From an uncultured delta proteobacterium (lineage in GTDB: Bacteria > Desulfobacterota > Desulfobacteria > Desulfobacterales > B30-G6), in NCBI GenBank assembly GCA_963842925.1, contig CAWJIL010000005.1, forward strand, positions 15,002-79,001: a DNA stretch of 64,000 nucleotides, written 5' to 3'. This document shows positions 1-10,826 of the stretch, piece after piece. The position numbers and the translations under genes were made by a program. Below the pieces are notes generated by a model. The model saw only the letters and a program-made list of their open reading frames with translations, was not told the origin of the DNA and did no database searches. Numbering within the stretch: the first letter of the stretch is position 1; every line of letters starts with the position of its first letter.

Positions 1-492
1 AATATCTTTTCTTTACCGTCTTCGTTACGCATGAGGATGATTTCTTTTTTGGAAGCCCACTCGGTAAAGCCACCGGCCAGAGCAAAGGCCTGCAACACGG
101 TCAAGCCCTTGACAAGGGGGTATTCACCGGTGTTGACCACCTCTCCCAGGATGTAAAAACGTTTGCTGCCGGAGTACCGTGACGGTAACCGTTACGACGG
201 GGTTGTCCACGTAATCTTTGAGTTTCTCTTCGATGACCTGCTTCACCTGCATGGGTGTTCGGCCCTTGGCCTGGATATCGTTTATCAGCGGAAAGGTAAT
301 CATACCATCCAGACGGACGAGAATTTCCTCCCGGGTAAAATCGACTTCTTTCCAGGTGGTAATTTCGAGTATGTCACCGCTGCCGATGAGGTAGGTTTCC
401 TTAGCTTCCTCTTGAGCGAAGCATGGGTGTGTGGTAACAAATATGAAACCGATGGACAGGACTATGGTTGTATAAGTGATGTATTTTTTCAT
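1..492 (-). CDS. Polysaccharide export protein (Wza/Poly_export + SLBB), PEP-CTERM-type; frameshifted near 165, runs off the window edge
   Basis: YLIGSGDILEITTWKE...VRLDGMITFPLINDIQAKG...NPVVTV. After a frame change it continues SKRFYILGEVVNTGEYPLVKGLTVLQAFALAGGFTEWASKKEII (SLBB) to position 1. Confidence 0.85.
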
Positions 493-519
493 TGGTTTTC
501 CTTTTTATATTTTATATTA

Positions 520-776
520 GCCGCAGACACACGCAGACGTTCGCAGACAATCATCGATCGACTTGATCGATGATTATTCATCATGCCCTGCGGGCAATTT
601 AAATCCTTTAATAATTACATAGAAAAGCTTTTGATAAATATGATATTTTCTCAGCATATTAAATTTATCTACCAAGAAGTTAATTGGTTTCGCGATAGCG
701 ATGATTGGTTTTCTTCGATTATGTCGATCGAAGAAAAAATATAAATTGTCTGCGATGGTCTGCGTAAGTCTGCGGT
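520..776. repeat. Four-hairpin TIR element, copy 1 (GCCGCAGAC-type ends)
   Basis: Ends ccgcagac-acacgcagac-gttcgcagac / gtctgcga-tggtctgcg-taagtctgcgg. Internal hairpins at ~550-574, 584-596, 690-701 and ~709-737 flank an AT-rich core. Confidence 0.8.
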
Positions 777-853
777 AAAAAAATGCTAAGCTCTACGCTG
801 TCAGCCGTTAGCTATCTCAATTCAAAATTAAAAACTCAAAATTAAAAATTGAT

Positions 854-2574
854 CTAAATGTATCCTTTATGCCCAAGATACAGCAGCACTTCCTGGGCGG
901 CTTCTTCGGGGGTGATGTTGGTGGTGTCGATTTTTACTTCCGGTGATTCAGGCACCTCATAGGGATCGTCAACACCGGTGAATCCCTTGATCAAGCCTGC
1001 CCTGGCCTTGGCATACATGCCTTTGCGGTCCCGTTTTTCACATTCTTCGAGGGGTGTTGCCACGTGCACTTCGATAAATCCCCCGTATTCTTCAATGATT
1101 TTTCTGATCTCCTGTCTTGTGGCCGTGTACGGCGCAATGGGAGCGCAGATGGCAATGCCTCTGTTTTTCGTAATTTCACTGGCTACAAACCCGATGCGCC
1201 GCACATTGATATCCCGGTCTTCCTTTGAAAAACTCAACTGGCTGGACAGGTTGCGACGCACAATGTCCCCGTCCAGGAGCGTGACCGGTCGTTCGCCGAT
1301 CTCCTGAAATCTTGCGTAAAGCACCTTGGCGATGGTGGATTTTCCGGAGCCGGAAAGCCCGGTCATAAAGATGGTGACCCCCTGTTTTATGGGGGGGGGA
1401 TAGGCTTTGTGAAGTTCGGCCATGACTTCCGGAAAGGTGGCCCAATCCGGTATTTTTTTGCCACTGCGGATGCGCTGGCGGATATCGCTGCCGGAAAGGG
1501 AAACCGTTTGGGCGCCTTCAGGCACCTGATCCATGGTCTTGTATTCGTCTTCGAAAGGCAGATAGACCAGTTCCTCAAAGGGCACGATGGTCATACCGAT
1601 TTCCTGACTGAATGCTTCGGCCAGTTTCTGGGCTTCATTTTTCTCGTAGAACAGTTCTCCATTGCCATCTTTTCCCGGGCTGGCGTGCCCTCTTCCCACG
1701 ATGAAATGGGTGCAGCCGTAATTTTTGGCAATAATGGCATGCAGAAGCGCCTCCCGGGGTCCGGCCATGCGCATGGCAAAGGGCAGCAGATTCAACACCC
1801 AACTGTTGGGTGGATAATGATCGGCAATGGAGCGGTAGCACCGAACCCGGGTGAAATGATCAAAATCACCTGTTTTGGTCATACCCACTACCGGGTGAAT
1901 CAGGATGTTGGCCTTGGCATGGCGCATGGCCCGGATGGTCATTTCAAAGTGGGGGCGATGAATGGGGTTTCGCGTCTGGAAGCAGACGACCCGCTGCCAG
2001 TTAAGCTTTTCAAAAAGCTGCCGTATCTCGGCAGGGGTCAAACGCAGTTGATTGAAGTCCGAATGGATCGGCAGACTCAGGACATCGATCCGCCCACCCA
2101 CATAATAGGTTTTGGTTGTATTGAAAATATGCGCAACGCCATCGTGTTTTTTGTCCCGCGTGCCATATATCAGTTCAGCCTCTTTTTCCTTGTCCACCGG
2201 CCACAGGTCCTCGATGTGCAGGATGGCCAGCAAAAATCCTTCGGGATCTCTTAGGGAAACGGATTGGCCGACTTCCAGGGTGCCGGCCTTGGTCTCTGAT
2301 ATATCCAGGCAGATGGGTATGGGCCACAAGGTGTTGTCCTGCAGACGCATGCGGTCCAGAACAGACTCGTAATCTGTCCGGCACATAAAGCCTGTCAGCG
2401 GGCTGAAAGCGCCCGTGGCCAGCATCTCGAGATCGCACAGCTGGCGATCGTTCAGTGTAATGTCCGGCAGGCTCTGGGCCACTTCTTTGAGCTTGGTTGC
2501 GCGTTGTTGGTCCACAAGCAGGTTGATGAGTTTGCCGCCGTGAGGGGTTGGTTTATTGGGTTTGTTGAGTTCAT
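854..2574 (-). CDS. sat: Bifunctional sulfate adenylyltransferase / adenylyl-sulfate kinase
   Basis: PHGGKL upstream of the called GTG, QTRNPIHRPH, HFIVGRGHA, then the APS kinase GLSGSGKST...LLDGDIVR. The likely ATG (2574) sits in a 9-mer repeat, one base out of frame. Confidence 0.9.
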
Positions 2575-2626
2575 TGGGTTTGTTGGGTTTGTTGGGTTCA
2601 TTGGGTTCTTTGAGTTCCTTGGGTTA
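2549..2626. repeat. 9-bp tandem repeat (TTGGGTTYR-like)
   Basis: ttgggtttg/ttgagttca/ttgggtttg/ttgggttca/ttgggttct units; related arrays at ~33290-33330 and ~53290-53395. Confidence 0.85.
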
Positions 2627-2645
2627 ATGGAGATCGTGAAAACAA

Positions 2646-2806
2646 TTTTGAATTTTGAATTTTTAGTTTTTAATTATCTCGTCTGATCGCTTTTGAGGCG
2701 TTGTTTTGACGATTTCAGTTTGGATTCTACTAATTTCTTCAGCGTTTTTTAAGTGCCTATCTTCTTTGGTTTTTCATTAAAAATTCAAACTTAAGAATTA
2801 AAAATT
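2646..2806 (-). pseudogene. Internally deleted four-helix-bundle (23S rRNA IVP-like) gene remnant between inverted heptamer arrays
   Basis: Minus strand reads ATG AAA AAC CAA... then KNAEEISRIQTEIVKTT, resembling the family C-terminus. Flanked by ttttgaa-ttttgaa-tttttag-tttttaa and aaattca-aacttaa-gaattaa-aaatt. Confidence 0.5.
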
Positions 2807-2810
2807 GCTA

Positions 2811-3254
2811 CTATATCAGATCTCTATCGACCATTATGCTTTTTCCTCCAAAACATTTCGAATAAAACCGGACTGCATTATGTTCTTGTAGTAATTGAAA
2901 TCGGCAATTCTTAGCAGTGCACTTGGCTATAAACAGCGTTAATTTTCTTCTATTTCCGATAAAGATACAAATTCCTTTCGTAACACCTGGTTCAAGAGGC
3001 CTTCGCCGACAGTATTTAATACAACCAAATGAATTTCTTTTCGAAGAATCCGGGATAGGTCTGAGCAAGAACCGATCCCTTTTTGCGCTGAACTGATCAC
3101 AGTTGATTTTTTCCGGAGTCCAAGACGATGCCCAGATCAATATCACTGGTCGAAGTGTGTTTACCAGCCGCATAGGAACCATATAAATAGACTGCGACAA
3201 CGTCCGTATTGTCCCTTAAAATAATCTGTGATATGATTTTGAAATAGTACTCAT
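2811..3254 (-). pseudogene. Decayed MNT-HEPN (MntA/HepT-like) toxin-antitoxin module
   Basis: One frame gives DVVAVYLYGSYAAGKHTSTSDIDLGIVL (GS..DxD nucleotidyltransferase). Other frames give DLSRILRKEIHLVVLN and IADFNYYKNIMQSGFIRNVLEEKA*. The stop overlaps (TAATG) a 7-codon stub MVDRDLI*, resembling a HEPN/DUF86 start. Confidence 0.8.
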
Positions 3255-3513
3255 TTATATCTATACCCAGCTGATAAGAGCAATTCTGAATTTTAAATCT
3301 TGAGTTTATAATTATCTCGTCTAATCGCTTTTAAATCCTCGTTTTGACGAGTTCAGTATCGACACAATTTAACGTTGATGCTGGGAGACCATGGCGATGG
3401 AAGCCATAAGGCTGTCTATCGTTTTGAGGTTTATGCAATATAACATTCAGCTTACAGTCTCCAGTGAACCTAATTCAAAATTAAAAATTAAAAATTCAGA
3501 ATTAATAATTGCC

Positions 3514-4922
3514 CTACCTAGATCCTTTACTAAACAGTACAATCTTCACCGTCCGAAGCATGATCATGATATCCATAAGGATGGACATGTTCTTGATATA
3601 GAAGAGATCGTAATTCAATTTTTCGATGGCATCTTCCACAGAAGCGCCATATCCATAACTGACCTGGGCCCAACCGGTGATACCCGGTTTAACCGTGAAA
3701 CGTTCACGGTAATAGGGAATCGCTTTTTCCAGTTCTTCAATAAAATATTCTCTCTCGGGTCGCGGCCCTACAAAGCTCATATCGCCTCTGATTACATTCC
3801 AGAGTTGCGGTAGCTCATCGAGACGTAACTTGCGGATGATCATTCCAACGCGTGTAATCCGGGGGTCATCATCTTCGGCCCAGACAGGTCCTGTTGTGGC
3901 TCTCTGCATCGATCACCATGGATCGAAATTTGTGGACATTGTAGGGTTTTCGGTTCTGTCCTATACGTTCCTGAGAAAAAATGACCGGGCCCTTGGAATC
4001 CAATTTGATCATTAAAGCAATCAAAATAAACAAGGGAAAGAGCAGGACCAGCATGATTATGCGAAGAAAATGTCACTGCTTCTTTTAAAAATCGTCTTGC
4101 CCATGATGTCTGAAACCCCTGTGAAAATATCAGCCAGGCGGGATTGATCTGCTCTACGATGAGTTTGCCGGTAAGCATTTCGTAGAATGCCACTCCTTCC
4201 AGCACCTCGATACCACCCACCCGGCAACGAAGGAGTTCTTCCACAGGGAAATTGCCCCGTTTTTCCTCGATGGCCATAATTATTTTATCAATTTCCAGGG
4301 TCTTTCCAATTTCACAGAGACCTTGATAGCTTTTTTGGGCTATCGTGCCGTTGACTTGGATGTTCATATTATTATTTATACAACTATTTTCACAATTGTA
4401 CTCTACAACCACCACTTCAATGGAATACCCACAGTCTTTCTTTTCTTGTACTTCATCGATGATATTTTTTGCAAGTTCTCCGGAACCGATGATAATTATC
4501 TTCTGATTAAACAGCCCCTGGTTTAGAACCACGGTATAACCAATCCGCCACGTAACAACAAACACTATCGTAAATATTGTACTGATCATGAAGATACCCC
4601 TGCCAATAACAAGCTGGGGAAAAAGAATATATATAAGGGCCAGAAAAATGGCTGCACCACCCAACGCCTGAAAAAGACGAATGCCAAGTTCCAGGAACGA
4701 ATCCGTCACTTTCATGTCGTACAAATCATTGTAATAAAGACCCATAAAACAAAACAGTGCCACCAACAGCGCCTTGAGCCACAGTAATTCGTCAATAACG
4801 AACGAATTATAGCCAATAACAATCCAACTGGCTAACAGGACAGATGCAAAAATGACCAGCCCTTCACCAATAATGAAGAATACGTTTCGGATTGGATAGT
4901 ATTGTTTAAAAACTCTAAGCAT
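3514..4922 (-). CDS. XrtA/PEP-CTERM-system sugar transferase (undecaprenyl-phosphate glycosylphosphotransferase), two frameshifts
   Basis: Membrane N-terminus [22 protein letters not shown]; [22 protein letters not shown]; [43 protein letters not shown]. Spread across three frames (breaks ~4075 and ~3900). Confidence 0.88.
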
Positions 4923-4939
4923 GTTTAGTATTTTCTTTT

Positions 4940-5204
4940 GCCGCAGACTAGCGCAGACAATCATCGATCGACCTGATCGATGACCATCAATCATGCCCTT
5001 CAGGCATTTTCATTACGATCATAAATAACTGTTTTATCTTTATTAACTATTTACATATAATTTTAGTTTTATAGTAATGTTGGTCTGTCCTATTGAATAA
5101 AAAGCATAAATTGCTTTAAAGTGATATTTCGTGATAGCGAAGTTTGGTTTTGTTTGGCCAAGTCGGCCAAACAAAAATTAATAATGTCTGCGAGTGTCTG
5201 CGGC
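4940..5204. repeat. Four-hairpin TIR element, copy 2
   Basis: gccgcagactagcgcagac...gtctgcgagtgtctgcggc; hairpins catcgatcgacctgatcgatg, atgcccttcaggcat, tcgtgatagcga, tgtttggccaagtcggccaaaca. Confidence 0.8.
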
Positions 5205-5220
5205 TAATAAAATCCACTTT

Positions 5221-6075
5221 TCATCCAAGTTTTTTCCGATAGTATTTACTGTATTTACCGTATTTGCCGTATCCATAATAAGTGGACGATCGCATGTCGA
5301 ACCAGTTCATCACGCATCCGATGATTTTTTCTTTACCCAGGGTCTCCACCAGTTCCTCAACAATCTCCCGGGGTGTGCTGCCGTATTTTACGACAATGAT
5401 AATTGCATCCACCTGCCTGGCAATGGCCCCGGTTTCTGCTGTCAGTTGCGGCGGTGGCGAGTCGATGATGATATACCGGTCGCTATAGCGCTTTTTAACC
5501 TCTTCCAAAAGCTGGGACATTTTTTTGGAGGAAAGCAGCTCGGCCGGGTTGTGGGGTGGTTTGCCGCCAGGCAAAACAGTTAATTTTTTGATATCGGTCT
5601 TTAGCAGCACATCCGAAAGCGTTCTGTCTTCGGCTAAATATTCCGCAAGTCCGTTTGTTTCATCACACCCCAGATATTTGTGAACACTTGGCTTGCGGAT
5701 ATCACCGTCCATCAAAAGAACGTGCTCGTTGATGTTCTGGGCAATGCTCACGGCCAGATTTGTTGACACAAAAGACTTGCCTTCACCAGGCAATGCACTT
5801 GTAACCAGAATTGATCTGGGTGGCTTACCCTTGGCAGGGAAGAGAATGTTGCCCCTTAAAATCTTGAACATTTCTGATTCGAGTGACTGAGGATCCAGAT
5901 AAGTCACCAGATTTTTGTTCACATTTTCCTTGATGACAATGGTCGCTGTAAGATCCACAGGGTCTTTTTTCTTTCCCTTGTCTTTGTAAAAATCAGCCAC
6001 AGAGCCTTTGCTCGATTCTACGGCTGGTTTATTATCTTTTTGCGACTTTTCCAGTGCATCGTAAATTTTACCCAA
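5221..6075 (-). CDS. Polysaccharide-biosynthesis tyrosine autokinase (CpsD/CapB)
   Basis: Walker A LPGEGKS, DGDIRKP, IIIDSPP and C-terminal Tyr cluster YYGYGKYGKYSKYY; probable TTG start at 6075. Confidence 0.92.
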   Translation of the reverse strand: MGKIYDALEKSQKDNKPAVESSKGSVADFYKDKGKKKDPVDLTATIVIKENVNKNLVTYLDPQSLESEMFKILRGNILFPAKGKPPRSILVTSALPGEGKSFVSTNLAVSIAQNINEHVLLMDGDIRKPSVHKYLGCDETNGLAEYLAEDRTLSDVLLKTDIKKLTVLPGGKPPHNPAELLSSKKMSQLLEEVKKRYSDRYIIIDSPPPQLTAETGAIARQVDAIIIVVKYGSTPREIVEELVETLGKEKIIGCVMNWFDMRSSTYYGYGKYGKYSKYYRKKLG

Positions 6076-6138
6076 CGTTAACCTCGCTATTTTTTTTACC
6101 ACAGGCTCACCCGGGGAACCTCCATGACATTCTTTTCG

Positions 6139-6392
6139 CAGGATCTACATGGATTTTACAGGATTTATTTTCTTTACCACTTTCCAGATGAAAGTCAGAA
6201 ACTCAATCCACCTTCGGTCGAATCATATCCCAATTACATTCATTGCTATCCGATATAAGCGTTTCTTTATACTATTCTATAAGTTACATAAATATCAGTG
6301 TGAAAAATAATTATTATCGCCTAGGCGAATAAGTTTAATGCGGATTTCATCTGGAAATCTCATAAATATCATGTCGATCCTGTTAATCCTGT
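6139..6392. repeat. Four-hairpin TIR element, copy 3 (CAGGAT-type ends)
   Basis: caggatctacatggattttacaggat ... atcatgtcgatcctgttaatcctg; hairpins ctttccagatgaaag, ccaccttcggtcg, tcgcctaggcga, gatttcatctggaaatc. Confidence 0.75.
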
Positions 6393-6480
6393 CAGATAAA
6401 ATTGCGGTCAATCAGTACAATCTCACAGACTGCTTTCCAGCATCATAGCGATACAGCCTCAAGCTTCCTATCCTCTCAGC

Positions 6481-8069
6481 CTATATGTCCACAAATCGCC
6501 TTACAAACGCAATTGTCTCATCAAAACCTTTGAAAGACAGCACAGCAAATCCGGCTAAAAGAGCAAAGGATAGCCCGGTAAATAAAATCGATAACACTTG
6601 GTTAAGCATCCGCATCCTTTTTTCTTTGGCATGGATAAGCTTGGGAACTGTGCACAAAACAGGCAACGCCAACACGCTTTCAAGATCTTCCGGTTTTCGA
6701 AACGAGTTGTCCAGATATTCCAGTAAGAAGATAATGCCACCACCAATGCCAAAACCAGCACCAATGAAAAGAAGAAACAACTTTTTCATGTCCGCGTTGA
6801 TGGGAACTTCTGGCAATCTGGCGTGATCGACAATACGAAACTGCTCTCCTTTTTGTTTCTTTTCCATGTTCACTGAGATATCCGACTCCAGTTTCCTGCT
6901 CAGTATAGAATTGTAAGACGCTTGGATATTTTGATAGTCTCTTCTCAAACTCAGAAGTTCCTGCTCACGCTTGGGTGTGTTCTCCACCCTGATCTGATAA
7001 AATTTTATCTGTGATGCTGTTTCTGCGATTTCCGCTTCCAGGACCTGAATACCCCTCTGCACTTCTAATCGCTGCTGCATGTATTCAGCTATCACCGGGT
7101 TAATCGTCTCAACCGGTTCGATTGGAGAGCTTGCGCTTCATTTGTATGTGTTTTCAGATTCATTGGCTTTCCAATTCGGCAATTGTTTTTTCTAAATTGA
7201 CCACATCCGGATGCTTGTCTGTATAGCGTGTCTTCAGATCGGCAAGTTGCTGTTTCAATCGATCCATCTCTGAAGGAGGGATGGGAACAGCTTGGATGCC
7301 AGCAATCGGTGTCCCTCCTTGTTCCTTGAAATTCTGAATCTGATTTTCGATGAGCAAAAGCTGGGCTTTGTCTTCCCGCAAGACTTGTTGTCTGTCGGTC
7401 AATTGTTCTTGAAGCCGGTCTGAGTATTCTCAGATTGGTCTCCAATTGTTCGGGAAGTTCACCCATATATCGGCTTCGGTACTGTTTCAGGACTTCCTCG
7501 ACCTCCTCGAGTTTTAGCCGCATGTTATTTAGTTCGTCATCCAGAAAATCACTGGTTCCAAAAGCTTGCGCCTCTCTTACTTTTAGGTTTTCATCGATAA
7601 AATACCTAGCCAAACCATTGGCCACCTTCATTACCTTTTCCGGTTCCCCTCCCCGGTAGGAAATGGAAAAGGCATCTGCGCCCCTTCTGTCTCTTGTAAT
7701 ATCGATGGAAATTTTTCTCCGAAGGCTTTCGATTTTTTCTTCCATAAAGACGTTTTCGTATTGGGGTTCGGCAAATAACCTAAAGTCTTTAATAATTTTT
7801 TCTAAATTGGTACGACTCATGATTTGCTGGGACAGGGTATTAAGCCGTGAACTGGTATCACTATCAACAATGGCCTGGACATAATTTTCCGGAACCCGCT
7901 GGGCCTGAATCAGAATCAGTGTCCTGGCCTCGTAAACTTTTGTAAGTGTGGTCGTGTAAAAGATACCGGCAATCATGGATACGATAAATGGCAAAATAAT
8001 GTACCAGCGGCGTCTGAGGATAATTTCGATGATCTGGTCAGGAGTAATGATGTCTTTTGCTTTTTTCAT
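6481..8069 (-). CDS. Polysaccharide chain-length determinant (Wzz/Wzc N-terminal, XrtA-system type), frameshifted
   Basis: Three overlapping ORFs join into one protein: RRRWYIILPF..YEARTLIL; YTDKHPDVV; PKREQELLSLRRDY..GEQFRIVDHARLP..LEYLDNSFR. Confidence 0.85.
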
Positions 8070-8115
8070 GGAAGCCTTTTATTTTTCTAACAAGATTTTT
8101 TATTTTGTTTTATTC

Positions 8116-8422
8116 ACCACAGAGACACAGAGACAACAGAGTACACAGAGAATTTTATCTTTTCTCCAATCGGGAGATACCGATTGGAAAAATACGCAAC
8201 TCTGAAACATTTATTTAAATCATCAATTCTGACGGTCTCGTAAAACGTCTAATTCTGCGTTGTGCCGCATTTAATAATCATTCAACGTTCGATAAATACG
8301 TCTCATAATTACTAAATTTAGAGCCTTGGTTTAAACTTATTCGAACCGTCTAATCTCAATTTTACGGGGTCGCCAAGTCTTCAACAAAGTAATATTATGT
8401 CTTATTCTCTGTAGATCCTGTG
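8116..8422. repeat. Four-hairpin TIR element, copy 4 (CCACAGAG-type), decayed, with a nested CAAGGC/AACGC element at ~8230-8350
   Basis: ccacagagacacagagac...; hairpin tccaatcgggagataccgattgga; right end ctctgtagatcctgtg; nested gacggtctcgtaaaa...ctgcgttgtg...gccttg...aaccgtc. Confidence 0.65.
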
Positions 8423-8451
8423 CTAAAATTTAAAAACTCAAAATTGACCAT

Positions 8452-9852
8452 CTAGGCCAAGCCATACTGCTTAATCTTGTTCAGCATGGACTTATAGCTG
8501 ATATTCAGCATGGCGGATGCTTTTTTTCGATTCCAGTTGGTTGCTTCCAGGGCTTTTCTCATAACATTTTTTTCAATTTTAGCCATAAAACTCGAACAGA
8601 TTTCTTTCAAAGGTTTTTTTTCGATCTGTCTCAAACAATCCCTTACATCAGCAGTTGTACTACAAGCCTTGAGACTTTCAATCATTTTTTGATCTGTTTT
8701 CAATGATGATTGGGTATTTACCAGGTGCAAATCTTTTAAAAACTTGCCGTTATCACCGTTCATGACCGCCCTCTTGACAACCGTTTCAAGCTCTTTGGTA
8801 TTCCCGGGCCAATGGTAATCCATAAATATGTCAATGGTTTCACTGGGCAGTTCAAAAAAACTCCGACCAAGCATTTTACAATAACTGTAAGAAAAATAGT
8901 CTGCCAGCAAGGGAATGTCCTCCTTGCGCTGCCGCAGGGGTGACATTTTAAAATTGATAACATTCAAACGATAAAAAAGATCCTTTCGCAGTCTATTCTT
9001 TGAAAGCAGACAATCAGAGCCGACACTGGTGGTTGAAATGATCCGAATATTGTTTTTCCCTCTTGGTGAAAAGCCGTGAAGTGCGTCATGCTCGCTATCC
9101 ACAATGTGAAGCAGCTCTGACTGAATGGAATCAGGCAGACAACCCAGATCATCGATGAAAATAGTTGATATCACTTCATTCGGAAATTGTGGAATGCTGC
9201 TGTTCGTTTTGTTTTGAATCTTCTGTCCAATAAGCTCTAACAAATTCAAGCGTGGACTTCCTGTTGGAATTTCCTGTGCCGAAATTTTAACAAAAAGATC
9301 CTTGCTTTCAGACAGGCGATGAATAGCCCTTGCAATCATTTCCTTACCGGTGCCCTTTTCCCCCTCTATCAAAACGCTTTCCCGGGACATATTCATAACA
9401 GGAAGAATCTCTTTAATTTTTACAATATCCGGGCTGTTCCCAACGATAAAAGGGTAATCCTTGTCGTAAGGCACATCCTTGTTTTTCTCTAATGCATGGG
9501 CAATTGATTTGTTGAACGCGTTCAATTTCAAGTTGCCGTCGAACATTCGGATGTTGCTGACACCACTTATTTGGAGATACTTCTTGATTTCAATGTCCTG
9601 GGTCATCAACAAAGATGGCAAGTTGCAGTGGGTGGCCTTGTGGGCATTGATAAAGCGCAAAATACCCTTTCGAGGAAAAGAACCGACCACGATCAGGTCC
9701 GGATTCAGTTGCTCCAGATTGTCAAAACAGGAAACCACCCTATCAAAACAAAATGCCAGATCAGATTTCGCCGAAAAAACAGATCGAAGAAAATCTCGCT
9801 GAACATGATCTTTTTCAAGAATGACGATCTTTTTTTGTTCCGTTCTCGACAT
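8452..9852 (-). CDS. Atypical sigma54 enhancer-binding protein (pseudo-receiver + degenerate AAA+ lacking GAFTGA + Fis HTH)
   Basis: GEKGTGKE, Walker B as IFIDDLG, DLFYRLNV, WPGNTKEL, WNRKKASAMLNISYK. No GAFTGA; the receiver Asp position reads LIVVGS. Confidence 0.85.
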   Translation of the reverse strand: MSRTEQKKIVILEKDHVQRDFLRSVFSAKSDLAFCFDRVVSCFDNLEQLNPDLIVVGSFPRKGILRFINAHKATHCNLPSLLMTQDIEIKKYLQISGVSNIRMFDGNLKLNAFNKSIAHALEKNKDVPYDKDYPFIVGNSPDIVKIKEILPVMNMSRESVLIEGEKGTGKEMIARAIHRLSESKDLFVKISAQEIPTGSPRLNLLELIGQKIQNKTNSSIPQFPNEVISTIFIDDLGCLPDSIQSELLHIVDSEHDALHGFSPRGKNNIRIISTTSVGSDCLLSKNRLRKDLFYRLNVINFKMSPLRQRKEDIPLLADYFSYSYCKMLGRSFFELPSETIDIFMDYHWPGNTKELETVVKRAVMNGDNGKFLKDLHLVNTQSSLKTDQKMIESLKACSTTADVRDCLRQIEKKPLKEICSSFMAKIEKNVMRKALEATNWNRKKASAMLNISYKSMLNKIKQYGLA

Positions 9853-9935
9853 AAAATCGTTCCACGACTTTATCATACGCGGCAATGCCGCCCAATTTAT
9901 TTTTTTGTTATTATTAATCTTGGTTGTCTTTGGAA

Positions 9936-9953
9936 AAGCAAATATCATGCCTT
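9936..9953 (-). promoter_or_regulatory. Putative sigma54 -24/-12 promoter
   Basis: Minus strand aaGGcatgatatttGCt (GG-N10-GC), ~85 bp upstream of the ATG at 9852. Confidence 0.5.
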
Positions 9954-10229
9954 TAGCAATTATTTTTAATGATATTCAGGAATGTTTGTAGGTGAATGTC
10001 GCTATACTATGTAGATGTATACCATTTTTTAGAATTTTTTTTCATTGCTCTATAGCATACTTGGCCTAAATATTCAATGTGAGTATGGTATGAATTGACT
10101 ATATTTACAAGCCTATGTAATATACTGCCCTATTTGAGCGTTCATTATGCTTGCAATTATGTAATAAATGTTATACTAATAAATCTCTTTTATCAATTTG
10201 CATGATATCAAATATAGGAATTTAACAAC

Positions 10230-10601
10230 GTGGACAGGAAATACCGACTTCTGGTCATCGATGACAACGAGGAGATCCTCACCTCCCTGAAAAGTTTTCT
10301 TTCTAAAAAGGAGTATGATGTTGTATCGGCATCAAACGGTTTGGATGCATTGAAGCTCATTGAAGCGGCTACCGATGATTTTGATCTCGTGATTACCGAC
10401 CTTGTTATGCCAAATATCAGCGGAGTAGCTGTTACCGCCATTATCAAAAAGCAAAACCCAAAAATGCCTGTCATAGCCATAACCGGTTATGGTGAACAGC
10501 CAGAAGCGCTTGCAAAAGAAGTTCACGCTGATATTGTTATGGAAAAACCATTTAAATTAGATGAACTGGAAAGTCATATTTCCAGGTTATTAATAAAATA
10601 A
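10230..10601 (+). CDS. Single-domain response regulator (receiver)
   Basis: LLVIDDN, DLVITDLVMP, IAITG, EKPF. Confidence 0.9.
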   Translation: MDRKYRLLVIDDNEEILTSLKSFLSKKEYDVVSASNGLDALKLIEAATDDFDLVITDLVMPNISGVAVTAIIKKQNPKMPVIAITGYGEQPEALAKEVHADIVMEKPFKLDELESHISRLLIK

Positions 10602-10826
10602 AATCGTAGGATCGGTTTTATCTGGCGCGGTGTTGTCACTATTTTTTTCAAATAGCAAATATCATTTTTAAACAGAGGTGCCGGGGCTTTTATTGGTCAT
10701 GCACGATATACCATCACTTGAACCCTGGAACCCTTGGATCCTCGAACCCTTTTATATCAACTCTATTGGAATATGTTCCTGTTATACCATAGAGCCAATT
10801 GAACATCAGAAGGTAAATGTAAGATT

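Noticed and set aside
1409-2254. Long antisense ORFs (e.g. 1409..2254, 31605..32198, 62562..63134)
   Set aside because: Shadows of well-supported genes on the opposite strand.
2811-3200. 129-aa ORF as a real protein
   Set aside because: Mosaic frame across the frameshifted MNT pseudogene; the catalytic motif is in another frame.
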